Of a stretch of 64,000 nucleotides of DNA, positions 1 to 12,050 are shown one piece after another. This DNA is from Eledone cirrhosa (taxonomy: Eukaryota). Within the stretch, counting starts at the first letter, position 1. Each line of letters opens with the position of its first letter. A model generated the notes under the pieces. The model searched no databases. It worked only from the letters and a program-made list of their open reading frames with translations, and was not told where the DNA came from. The position numbers were made by a program, and so were the translations under genes. The DNA lies in the NCBI GenBank assembly GCA_964016885.1, contig OZ024741.1, positions 239,692,001-239,756,000 of the forward strand, read 5' to 3'.

Positions 1-3000
1 GAGAAAACTGAGAAGATCTTGGTGAAATCTGACAAGACCAACAACCTCTATGGGGTGCAGAAAGACATGTATAATGGCCTCATACTGAAGGAACTGAGGA
101 AAAAGTACAAGGTAGCAGATAAGGCCGAGCTTGAGAAAATGAATGTCGAAGCATCTTGTATAATGCACGAGTTGGAAATTGAGAACAGAACACAACCTTT
201 CGTGCCCAGGAAACCGAAGATCAATATGAAAGATCACAAGAGGAATTTTGAAAATGACTTGCCAGTTAGATTGATCGCACCATCAAAATCGGACCTGGGC
301 AAATTAAGCAAAAACATTCTTGACAGGGTGATACAGCAAATTAAGAACTTGGATTGTTTATCTAACCTGAGCTTGTGGAAGGGAACTGGAGAGGTTGTTG
401 AGTGGTTTAAGCAAATTAAATATAACAATAATAATAAGTTTATTCAACTTGATATTGCTAACTATTATTCTTCTATTACCCCTAATCTACTAAATAAGGC
501 ACTAAATTACGCATTCAAACATACTGACCTAACTAGCAATGAAATGCATATTATATTATCGGCTAGGAAAACTTTGATAGAATTTAATGACCAACTATGG
601 ACCAGAGCAGATAGAGATAGCAATTTTGACATTACTATGGGATCATCCGACTCAGCTCAGGTAACTGACCTTGTGGGCTTATTTTTAATCAATTCGCTAC
701 ATAGGAAAATACCTGGTACTACTGGAGGTTTATATAGAGATGACATGCTTTTACTTATTGATAATAATAACTCTGAACTAAATAGAAAATGTAAACAAAT
801 TACACAATTTTTTAATTACTTTAATCTTAAAATAGAAATTGAGAACAACCATAGAATAGTCAATTTCCTAGATATAACATTAAATCTCAACACATGTCTT
901 CACTATCCTTTTCACAAGTTGAATGAAAACTTAAACTATGTCAACTTTAACTCTAACCACCCCCAGATCTGTCAAAAACACTATAGTAAACTCTGTTCAA
1001 AAATGTATTTCTAGGATCTCGTCGAATAGAAAGATTTTCGACGAAAAAGCCCAATACTACAATGAAGCATTAGCTAGAGCAGGATATGCTGATAAGATTA
1101 TGTACATAGATAATGATAGACAAACTAAACAAAATAACAACTATTTTAATTACGGCAACAACCTTAACAACTATAATAGAAAGCATTACAATAATTCCAA
1201 AGGCCAAAAAAGAAATAGAACTAGGAACATAATTTGGTTTGCCCCCCCCCCCCCCTTTCTCACTAAACATTAAAACCCACATCGCTAAACTATTTTTTAA
1301 AGCTCTTGATAATCGCTTCCCTAGAACACATAGGTATCACTCAATTTTCAATAGACATACTATAAAATTAACCTACTCATCCACCAAAAATTTAGCATAA
1401 ATAATATACAAGTTAACAAATGTAACTGTAGAGATAGATCTAAATGTCCGTTAGATAACAACTGCTTAGTTAAAAATATAGTATACAATTGTAATGTTAA
1501 AACTGACTCTAATTCTTTTAACTACGTCGGTTCCACATCGACGGAATTTAAACTTCGCTATAATAACCACAAGAATTCTTTCACAGATCCAAGCAAAAAA
1601 TCTTCAACGGCACTATCAGGCGTACTCTGGCAACTTAAGCTAGATAACGTTAGATATTCGACGGCTTGGAATATAGTCTCAAGAGGGATTCCTTTTAATT
1701 CATCCTCTGAGACATGTGACCTCTGCGCAGAGGAGATATTCTTTATACTAAAATCTAAAAATTCCCTTAATCTACGGACAAATTTATTCAGTTGCTGCAA
1801 ACATAGATTAAACTCAACGTTTAAATATAAATTTAAATTTAAAATGTAGTATATTTAGTTTGATTTATAATTATATGGGAAACTAGCCGATAAATCTTTC
1901 GATTTCTTCTTTTTATTCTTTTTATTTTTTTATTTTTATTTTTATTTAAACATTCTTCATGAAAAATTAAGCTACCCTAAAAGTTGATGCTCCAAATATT
2001 TCGAATAAACGTTACACTAGATAAACTTCTATATTAAATATAAGAACACATGTAGACCAAATGGGCATCCTAAACTTTTTTGAAATGATCTTTGCTAGAT
2101 GCGATTTGATAAATAATTTTTAGCTTTATCTGTTTTTCGACTCTGATGCTTATAATGAACTTGGCAATATATTGTCAATTAATTTTGAAGGGTTGATCTT
2201 TGTGGTTTATTTTTATTATTGTAGTATTTTCTAATATTTTTATTTTTAATATTTTTAATATGTAATATTTTGAATATGTAATATTCTTTCGTAATATTTT
2301 TTAGTTTTCTATTTTATTATTACTTATTATTATTATTATTGTTATTTTTTGGTTTTGTTTCTGATATATATTTTTATTAGTATATTGAAATCTGCTCTCT
2401 ATTTCTGCTTGATAGATAATCTTGTAGAGTAAAGACAGGAATAGTAGTAATATTGACTCTATATATATTTGTGTGTATATATATACACATATATGTATAC
2501 TTAAATTTTTATAGCACAATGAGAATGTTTTCCGTGAACTTAGGGTTTGCAGAGTTGATCATGTAAATTCACATAGATGTTTGTAGTTATCACATAAACA
2601 TATGAATTTTTTTAAAATAACTAAACATAAGATCATTACTTTTCACACATTATGGATACATGTCTCATTCAGGAATACTGATATTTACAATATAGTGGCT
2701 GGTTTTTATACATACTAATACCTCTACATTAAAACATAGGGTTTTTATGCCTCGCCTATGTCTGGTTATTTTTAATTTTTCTCTCTATATAACAGCTGGC
2801 ATCTCCCTTACATTAATACTAGAGCTAAATAAATAAATAAATAAATAAATGTATCATTGATACGTTTACTCAACGGACGTCCCACTACCTAGTTTTCTAT
2901 ATATATATATCTATCTCTATTTCCTCTCTCTCTCTATATATATATATATCTCTGTTTCTTTACATGAAGTTCTTCTCTTTATCTATCTTTCCATCCCTCT

Positions 3001-3290
3001 ATTTTGTTCCATGCATTTCTTCTTTTTCTTCTTTTTCTTCGTTTTCTGTCTTTCTTTCCTTTTTTTCTCTCTTTCTTTCTCTCTGTGTACAATTTTTTCA
3101 CTGCCAATTCAACTTTTCAAATACAAGTCGATGTTGTTACGGTATGTCAAATCTATTTATCTATAAAACTGTTTATATTGTATTTTGTCTGAGGAAGGCA
3201 TAGCATATTGTTAATATGATATCCCTGAAATATATATAATGAAATAAATATGGTTTTATAAATATAGTTTCCATTTATTTAATATTGAAA
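1..3290 (+). mobile_element. Penelope-like retroelement (Naiad-like), frameshifted RT + GIY-YIG, 3' region ending in a pLTR with a hammerhead
   Basis: ORF 19-1014 has RT motifs LDIANYYSSI, ITMGS, YRDD, FLD and continues in other frames. 1418-1849 reads KCNCRDRSKCPLDNNC..NIVY..YVGST..RYNNH..CDLC..E (GIY-YIG). The clade name is inferred from the CxC-x5-CP linker. Confidence 0.88.
3182..3245 (+). ncRNA. Minimal type I hammerhead ribozyme
   Basis: attttgt-CTGAGGA-agg..catatt gtt aatatg..cct-GAAA-tatata-TA-atgaaat. Stem I pairs with two G-U. Confidence 0.65.
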
Positions 3291-3312
3291 AGGAAAACAG
3301 GGATGAGAGCTT

Positions 3313-3512
3313 CATTTATTTAAGTTCATACACGGAACAAAAGCGCTAACTAAGGTTTCAAGGTTCAATAATGCCCATATCTATAGATCGTCTAAGCGCA
3401 AGAAGATTAGGTCACAATTTTGATCCGTCTTGCAATCTGAAAATATGGTCATTATCGAGCCTTGCAACCTTAGGTAGCGCGTTTGTTCCGTGTGTGAACT
3501 TAAATAAATAAA
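3313..3512. repeat. Imperfect inverted repeat, arms about 70 bp
   Basis: atttatttaagttcatacacggaacaaa.. is the reverse complement of ..tttgttccgtgtgtgaacttaaataaat, with scattered mismatches. Confidence 0.85.
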
Positions 3513-3944
3513 TAATATATTATATATAATTATATATACATGTGTGTATAGTGTGTAAAACGTTACATATAAGATGATTCAGATATTTCCATTTTCAATC
3601 AGAAATTCTTCGACACACATATATATACAATATATACAATATATATATATATATATATATACAATATATTAATAAATGGAAACTATATTTAGAGGGAGAG
3701 AAAAATATTGAAAGAGAGAGAAAAAAATATTGAAGAGGAGAGAGAAGAAAAGGAAGGAGAAAGAGAGAAGAAGATAGAAAGAGCGATTATACATAATCAA
3801 AGATAATCAAAGTGAACGAGGAAATAAATTTTAATGGAAGAATATACAGAACGTAAATATACCTAAGTGAAAGAAGAAATAAGATTAGCGTGGAAGAATA
3901 ATATTCAGAACGTAAATATAAGGTTCATTATGCTGTGTTTATAA

Positions 3945-4048
3945 ATCCCGCCGAGGTTGACTTTGCCTTTCATCCTTACGGGATCGATAAAATAAAGTAC
4001 CAGTAATGCACTAGGTAATTGCTGGCCTTGTGCCTAAAGTAGAAACAA
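3945..4048 (+). mobile_element. tRNA-derived SINE family B (Meta-domain-like), 5'-truncated
   Basis: Core gcctttcatccttacgggatcgataaaataaagtaccag. 17-bp TSD ttatgctgtgtttataa. Confidence 0.85.
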
Positions 4049-4184
4049 TTATGCTGTGTTTATAATATTTATAATAAGTTGAAAATTAAATATTTAAAAA
4101 TATTATTAAAAATTTAGTTAAAATTAAAAATCAAATTTAAAGATTAAAAATTTAATTTAATATTAAAAATTAATTTAATATTAA

Positions 4185-4335
4185 AAGTTAAAAATTAAAA
4201 ATTAAAAATTAAAAATTAAAAATTAAAAATTAAAAATTAAAAATTAAAAATTAAAAATTAAAAATCAAAAATTAGAAATTAAAAATTAAAAAAGAAGTAT
4301 TTAAAAATCAAAAATTAGAAATTAAAAATTAAAAA
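4185..4335. repeat. (AAAATT)n simple repeat
   Basis: Directly visible tandem hexamer. Confidence 0.9.
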
Positions 4336-5847
4336 CGAAGTATTTAAGATGAATTAATAATAATATATGGGTTTAGATGTGTATATTATGGATTATACAT
4401 TATTTAAATGTATAGTATTTTACACTGGAAAAAACCTAGTATAGTTTATTTGATTAAAGTAAGTTTGGCAAAATTTGATTTATTAATAGTTGTAAGTCAA
4501 AACTTAAACATCCAAATAATTCCAAAATTACGAAAGTTTACGAGAGTTTACAAAGGAATAAGTACTTAATTAGATTATAAAACAGTAAGGAAGTTTAAAG
4601 GAAGTTAAAAGGGATTTTTTAAGAACTCAAATGACTCCAAGGATACATAAAAAAAACCTTTTTAAACATTTTTTTATAAGTCATAAATGTTATAAAGTTA
4701 AAAAATTTATCTTAAAATATATCTTAGACTATAATTAAAACATAAACCATAGGTTATTCCACATATATATAAAAACCATACGTTATTCCACACATATATA
4801 TAAATATTTGGATATATATGAAAATATATAAATATTAAAAATGTTAAAAATGTTTGACGATATAAAAATATTGGAAGATATGAAAATTATGGTTTTTCCA
4901 TATCTTTCCAAAGGATCTTTCAAAGGTTTTACCAAGAATTTTCTAAAACCTTCAGAAAGTCTTTCAAATAACATTTATTAGAATTTTTCTTAAAAGAATT
5001 TCAAGTAGTTATATAAAAAGGTTATGATATATTGATGAGTGTAATAATATAAAGTATATTTATGAAGTAGAAATAATAGAAAGTAAATTAAGTATATATG
5101 AATCATATATAGTTATAATCTGAGGGATGAGGTTATATGTATTTGGATATAGAAAACGTTATGAAAAGGAAATTAACCATATATTACATTTTATATATAT
5201 ATCTAAAAGTTGAGTTTAAACGATGTTTACAAGGACTAAATAAATTATTACGCAAACTAATAGAGTTCTTACTTTTTAGTATAAAGAATATTTCTTCAAC
5301 GCAAAGGGATCAACATTTGGATAGAGCTGTGTATGATGGAGCTTTGGAGATAATTTTCCAAGATAAAGAATGGTTAATATTCTTGGATTTTAAGTTCCAT
5401 AATAAGTTGGATAGAGAAGTTGAAGATTTTTTTACCAATATTCGAAAAGGAACATTTATGGTCGTTCTGTATATTCTTCCATTAAAATTTATTTCCTCGT
5501 TCACTTTGATTATTTTCACTACCACTATGTATAATCGCTCTTTCTTTCTTCTTCTCTCTTTCTCCTTCCTTTTCTTCTCTCCCCCCTTCAATATTTGTTT
5601 TCTCTCTCTTTCAATATTTTTCTCTCCCTCTCAATATTTTCTCTCTCCCCCTTTACATCTCCTCTTCTTCCAACAGTTTAATTTAAATAAACCGTTATCT
5701 TTTCAATTTTTCGGACACTCATTTGCATACTCACTCATAACTTTGTATTACCCTCAATAAAATATTATCTCCACTATCCAGGAAGCTTCAACCGTTAAGG
5801 TTGTCTTTTTTCCGGGTATGTCAATATTTATTTATAAAAAAAATCTG

Positions 5848-5913
5848 TATTTTATCTGATGAAAGCGCACCATAATTTGCCTTGGTTGCCCTTGAAATAT
5901 ATATAATAAAATA
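5848..5913 (+). ncRNA. Minimal type I hammerhead ribozyme
   Basis: tattttat-CTGATGA-aagcgcacc..ggttgccctt-GAAA-tatata-TA-ataaaata. Perfect 8-bp stem I. Confidence 0.75.
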
Positions 5914-6030
5914 ATTATGGTTTTATAAATATAGTTTCCATTTATTAATATATTGAATACTGTTGAGTACTTTATATCAGTTATAAAAATGTTTAAGCTT
6001 GTTGAATCCCAACAAATTAAATATAACCTC

Positions 6031-6069
<39 letters not shown>

Positions 6070-6070
<1 letters not shown>

Positions 6071-6342
6071 ATCATCATCATCATCATTTTATGTTCGCTT
6101 TTCCCTGCTTGCAAGGGTGGGACAGGAACTGATTCTGGCTTGATTTCTACAGCTGGATGCCCTTCCTAACACCAACCTCATTTACAGTGGGTGCTGGGTG
6201 TTTTTTTTGCTGTGGCACCCCCACGACCACTTTGCAGTGGAATGATATGGACCCCAGTCCCTATCATCTCATTTCTACAGCTGAGTAAACTGGAGCAATG
6301 TGAAATAAAGTGTCTTGCTCAAGGAAACAACGCATCACCCGG

Positions 6343-6343
<1 letters not shown>
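6070..6343 (-). mobile_element. SINE family A (CORE-like, RTE tail), 5'-truncated
   Basis: Reverse complement of the 7130-7530 body, with a (TGA)n tail. Confidence 0.85.
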
Positions 6344-6389
<46 letters not shown>

Positions 6390-6432
6390 AATTAAAAAGA
6401 ACAGAAAGATGCAATAAAAGAGATTTATTCGT

Positions 6433-6547
6433 TCTTACGTACGTTTCAATAGACATCAATTTGCCTAGATCTCGCTACATCTATAATATTATATATTTAG
6501 TAGAGCATTCGATATCCAATGCACAATCGATCCCATATCATCAGAGA
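6433..6547 (-). ncRNA. Hammerhead ribozyme with a ~90-nt stem II
   Basis: Minus strand: tct-CTGATGA-tatgggatcgatt...aattgatgtctatt-GAAA-cgtacg-TA-aga. Confidence 0.6.
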
Positions 6548-6676
6548 TTATAGCTAAACTGGAATATACACCTTTTTTCTGCATTTCGTTGAGCACCACT
6601 CTGTTGTAAGCTGACATTCCACTACACGGTACATAACACTGTGTCCTGGAAAACATTAATGCACTCGTGCATAACC

Positions 6677-6713
<37 letters not shown>

Positions 6714-7129
6714 AAATTGTAAGTTTGAAGAACAGTCAGATAAAATAATATACCCAATTTTTCTTCTCCCTAATCCGTAGAAATTAACTAGATAAATAAT
6801 CAATTAAATGGAGCTAAGTTTAAAATGTAACTTCGAAGAAATAACAGATAAAAGACACAGACTATCCCCCACGAGGAACAGTCAGATAAAATTTACCTAG
6901 TCTTTCTTCTTAGCCCGTAGAAATTAACTAGACAAATAATCAATTAAACAGAGCTAAGTCTAAAATGTAAGTTTGAAGAAAAAATTTATATAAACTTTAC
7001 CAAAATTCTTCTAGTCCCGACTATCGACAGTTTCGCTCGTACTTTGTGGATATGTCCAATCCTGGTATGTGTCTATGTTTGTGTAGAAGATATCCATAGG
7101 TGTCAAAAAGGAAAACAGAGATGAGAGCA

Positions 7130-7530
7130 GATATATTATATTATTTATAGGCACATGGCTTAGTGGTTAGAGCATTGGCCTTGCAATCGAAAGGTTGTGA
7201 GTTCAATTCTCAGACCGGGTGATGTGTTGTTTCCTTGAGCAAGACACTTTATTTCACATTGCTCCAATTTACTCAGCTGTAGAAATGAGATGATAGGGAC
7301 TGGGGTCCCTATCATTCCACTGCAAAGTGCTTGTGGAGGTGCCACGGCAAAAAAGCACCCAGCCCACACTGTAAAGTGGACGTGTAGGTTCTACGAAAAA
7401 AAAGCACCCAGCACTCACTGTAAATGAGGTTGGGGTTAGGAAGGGCATCCAGCTGTAGAAATCAAGCCAGAATCAGTTCCCGTCCCACCCTTGCAAGCAG
7501 GGAAAAGCAGACGTAAAATGATGATGATGA
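7130..7530 (+). mobile_element. SINE family A, full length (tRNA head, CORE-like centre, RTE-derived tail)
   Basis: A box tggcttagtgg, B box gagttcaattc, centre ccttgagcaagacactt, tail ggttaggaagggcatccagctgtag..cgtaaaa(tga)n shared with the RTE 3' UTRs in this window. The head starts near 7150. Confidence 0.88.
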
Positions 7531-8552
7531 ATGTAATATAATATATGTTGTCTGCTTAAATGTCATATATATTGTATTCAGTGCACGGAGAGCTGGGACA
7601 AATATGGCGATACACTAATGGTCCTGTCAAACATATACATATCTGTTTAGGTAATAAAGGTTTTGAAATATTACAATGAAAATACTATATTTATACAAAA
7701 TATAATTAAAATATTCAGTAGTGCTTCTATAATTTACCAGTAGAGCCAGCTAGGAAATAACAATCTGGCATTCCTAATTAACTATAAGTGAATAGATGTT
7801 TAAATTACTTTCACCTAAAACACATCTATAATTTAAGAAACCAAAATAAGAGAATTTGTGTTTTAATTTGATTTTTTGTTTTAAATTATTTTATTATTAT
7901 ATTTGTTTATATTCTCAGGCAGTCGATTGGCAGAATTGGGCTTTTATTCTGGCTTTATGTTTTGATTTCAAATTCCAATAAGGATCATTTTTCTTTTTAT
8001 ATTTCTAGGCCTGATAAAATAAGTACCAGTTAAATACTGGTGTTGATATAAGCAACTGCTCCCTTCAAAAATTTCTAAACATGTGCTATGTAAGACATTA
8101 TATTAGTTTTATTCTAACAGATGTTTTATTAATACATATTTTAATTGTCTAAAATATATGGCAATATGAATTTATGTAATGATGTTATATAGAGAACTGT
8201 TTTTATGTGGAAAACAAATTTTATTTGTAAGATGTATGTATGTATAAGATTTTATTTGAAGTAAGTGTAATTCATATCTGCTACACTGGTCTTAGGAATG
8301 CTTATTTGTCCTTGTCATCATTTATTAATTCTGGAGTTTCACAGCTTTTCATGCCTAGAAGAAAGAATATTGCAATTTCCAAAATATTGTGTGAACTTTT
8401 AAAACAACAATCTCAAACAAGTTATGGATTTAATCAATTATACTTCTTCCTTAAAAATATGTATCTTATTTCTACATAAGAGATTATCATTATGGAATGA
8501 ATACATATATATTTTAAGTGTTTCATTTATTTTTTGCATCATAACCAAATTG

Positions 8553-8584
<32 letters not shown>

Positions 8585-8588
<4 letters not shown>

Positions 8589-8812
8589 TTATTAAAATAA
8601 CAGATTAAAGTTTAAGCAAAGAATCGCTGCTTTCACCCTTAACAGGATCTTTAAGAAAATCCCATTAAGGGTGAAAGCAGCGATTCTTTGCTTAAACTTT
8701 AATCTGTTATTTTAATAAATATTTGCTCTAGGGTTCTTATATATTTGATATATATTTATCCTTATCGAGCCCTCTTTGGATTTTAGTCTTCACATTTATT
8801 ATTATTACTATA
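8585..8812 (+). repeat. Fold-back pLTR-like repeat (IR 8585-8722), same family as 26805-27048 and 56170-56372
   Basis: Arms of about 57 bp: atatttattaaaataacagattaaagtttaagcaaagaatcgctgctttcaccctt and its reverse complement. Confidence 0.8.
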
Positions 8813-8829
8813 TATAAAAAAAAAAGAAC

Positions 8830-11800
8830 GGGACGTTGCATCTCAGAGTTGCCACACTTAATGTTGGCACTCTAACAGGTATATCTGGTGAGATAGTGGA
8901 GATGCTGGAGAGACAGCATGTGGATGTGTGCTGTGTGCAAGAGGAGAGATGGAGAGGTTCCTCTGCAAGACTAATCACAGGCAAACATCGTAGTTATAAG
9001 CTTTTCTGGGTGGGTAATGATGATGGGTTAGGAGGGGTGGGCATATTATTGGCTGAGAGATGGATCAATAAGACAATAGAGGTAGTTAGAGTTAGTAATA
9101 GAATAATTAAGCTTAGGTTAGTTGTAGGCAAGAGACTACTGACAATCATCTCTGCCTATGCTCCCCAGGCAGGCCTAGGTAAAGAAGAGAAAGACGGCTT
9201 TTACGAGCAACTTTTACAGACAGCCTCAATGACAGAGGACAGAGACATCGTTATGCTTGCAGGGGACTTCAATTGACATGTTGGACAGCTCCAGGATGGA
9301 TACACTGGGGTACATGGTGGGCATGGTTACGGCGCAAGAAATGAAGAAGGAGTGAGGCTTCTTGAATTTTGTGATGCAAATGCACTAACCATTTTCAACA
9401 CTAACTTCCAGAAGCCTACGAACCACCTAATAACCTACAAATCTGGTGAGCGCATAAGCCAGATTGACTTCCTGCTAGTTAGACAGCGAGACAGACGGAT
9501 GGTGTCAAATACTAAGGCATACCCTGGGGAAGAATGTACCCCACAGCATAGGTTAGTCGTTAGTGACATCTCAGTAAGAAAAGAGAAAGAATGAGACATT
9601 CAGGAAGGTGTGGAAAAGAAAGGTCTGGAAACTAAAATACGTTTCATTAAAATATAAATTTAGCAAAGCCCTTCAAGATGTGTACGACGAAAAAGGAGAC
9701 GATTTAGAGTTGTATGACATAGATGATAACTGGAACTTCTTGCGTGACAACTTACTGCAGGCTACTGAAGAAACTTGTGGTTGGGGCAGAGCTTCAACCA
9801 GACAGAGAGTGACCTGGTGGTGGAACAGCACGGTAGATAGGGCCATTAGAGACAAAAGGCTGGCATGGAAAGCTTGGAAAAATGGTGGGAGTAGAGACGG
9901 ATACACAGCCGCTAAGAGAGAAGCTAGACGTCAGGTGTACTTAGCACGCAGGGAGGCTGAGAGTAGGAGGTTTGCCAATGTTCTGCGACGGGAAGATCAG
10001 AGACTTGCGTTGTTCCGCATTGCAAGGCAGTGTGTCAGTACAAATCAGGATGTTGTTGGTGATAAATGTGTCCAGGATGATGCCGGTGTACTTAGTGTCA
10101 CGAATGATCAGAAAAAGGAGGCCTGGAAATGTCATTATGAGAGACTGATGAATGTAGAGAATAAATGGGACAGAGAGGAATTACCCCCAGTAGACCCGGC
10201 GGAGGGACCAGCTATTGAGATTGACGAATATAGGGTACAAGAGGCAATTAAGGAAATGAAGAATGTAAGGCTGCTGGACCGTCGGGGATAGTTGCTGAGA
10301 TGCTGAAGGCATCGGGAGAAGTAGGCACTAAACTAGTTACAAGCTATTTACGGTGTTGTCATACCCAAAGACTAGTGCAGCAATATTCTCATAAATTGCT
10401 ACAAAGGTAAAGGGGATGCTCTGGAGGAGCAATTATAGGGGCATAAAACTGATGGATCAGGTTATGAACGTGGCAGAGAAAATATTAGCGCAACTGATTA
10501 GAGAAAGCGTCAATTTAGATGAGATGCAGTTTGGTTTTGTGCCTCGGAAAAGTACAACAGATGCCCTCTTCTTAGTGAGGCAACTACATGTGAGGTTCTT
10601 AGAGAAGAATAAGCCACTATACTTAGCTTTTGTTGACTTAGAGTAGGCTTTTGATAGGGTACCCCGATCTGTCATCTGGTGGTCCCTAAGGAAACTAGGT
10701 GTAGAGGAATGGCTTGTGAGGACAGTGCAAGCTATGTACAGGGGTGCTGTCAGTAAAGTGAGAATAGGAATGGAGTTTAGTGAGGAATTCCAGATACAAG
10801 TAGGTGTGCATCAGGGTTCGGTCCTCAGCCCACTCTTGTTCATTATAGCCCTCCAAGCCATAACAGAGGAGTTTGAGACTGGATGCCCATGGGAACTTCT
10901 CTATGCTGATGATCTGGTTCTTATAGCAGAATCAGTAGAGGAGCTAGAGAATAAATTCTGGCTATGGAAACAGCAGTTGGAATCAAGAGGTCTGAGAGTG
11001 AACATAGCTAAAACAAAAGTGTTGATAAGTAGAAGAGAGGACAATACTCTGATTCCATCAGGGAAATGGCCATGTTCGATATGTAGGAAAAGAACTGGCA
11101 TAAATTCTATAAAATGTACGCAATGCAGATCTTGGGTACACAAAATGTAGTGGGATAGCAGGCAAACTAACAGGTAGGGAAAACTACGTATGCAGTAGAT
11201 GTACAGGGAAAGTTGGCAGTAGTAATCGCTGTGATAGACTCATTTTTCCAATGCAGGTGGGTTCTATAGAAGTGGTTGATAGCTTCCGGTACCTAGATGA
11301 TCAGATTAGCATGAGACGGGATGTTCCGAGGCCATAGTATCTAGAATATGGACGGGTTGGAAGAAGTTTAGGGAGCTGCTTCCTCTGTTGACAAGGGTTT
11401 CTCCCTGCGTACGAAAGGACGGTTATATGATGCCTGTGTGAGATGTGCGATGCTGCATGGTAGTGAGACATGGGCAGCAACTGCAGAAGATATGCGACAG
11501 CTGGAGAGAAATGAAGCAAGCATGCTCCGTTGGATGTGCAATGTCAATGTGCGTGAATGACCAAGCATAGACGAGTTGAGAAAGAAACTGGGTATAAAAG
11601 GGATAAGTTGTGGTGTGCAGGAGAGAAGGCTGAGATGGCATGGAAATGTGATGCGTATGGAAGATGACCGCTGGGTGAAGAAGTGCCAGGAAGTCCCAGT
11701 GGAGGGAAGACACAGTAGAGGTAGACCACGAAAAACATGGGCGGAGGTAGTGAGAACAGACCTCAGATCACTGAAACTCACCGAGGACATGACGAAGGAC

Positions 11801-11875
11801 CGTGACAAGTGGAGAGATGCTGTGCTGGGAAAAGCGGACGTAAAATGATGATGGTGGTGATGATGACGATGATGA
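8830..11875 (+). mobile_element. RTE-clade LINE, near full length, many stops
   Basis: APE motifs (ATLNVGTL, VQE, SAYAPQ, AGDFN, QIDF, QH), RT motifs (AFVDLE, QGSVLSP, YADD), (TGA)n tail. Confidence 0.93.
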
Positions 11876-11879
11876 TTAA

Positions 11880-12050
11880 TTTGGTTGATTAATTCTGATG
11901 ATTTCCTTCGAATCAAACAGTTCTAGTCTTGTAGAAGCCATTTCTATATTAAATCTTGTCTATACTTAACTATGTATTGAGTGGTTACCAATTATGTATT
12001 ACTGTGGTTACCCACCATTGAACCCGGGACTCACTTGTGAGTCATACCCA
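11880..12050 (+). mobile_element. pLTR-like remnant with a mutated hammerhead (GAAA>CAAA)
   Basis: Homologous to 38293-38430: CTGATGA tttccttcgaat CAAA cagttctagtcttg TA gaa. Confidence 0.55.

Larger units (their letters stand above)
3665..5960 (-). mobile_element. Truncated Penelope-like element: GIY-YIG C-terminus on the minus strand plus an inverted pLTR
   Basis: Minus 5460-5200 reads SSTSLSNLLWNLK..WKIISKAPSY..C..C, homologous to 1600-1850. 5462-5650 is the reverse complement of 3690-3852. Confidence 0.72.

Noticed and set aside
1418-1849. Selenocysteine recoding, reported for some Naiad Penelope elements
   Set aside because: There is no in-frame TGA at Cys positions in this GIY-YIG region or in 31206-31724.
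5137-5760. 207-aa membrane-like ORF
   Set aside because: It is the antisense of a GIY-YIG remnant plus CT-rich repeat sequence.
7150-7225. tRNA gene
   Set aside because: It has A and B boxes but no proper acceptor stem, and it is the head of a multi-copy SINE.
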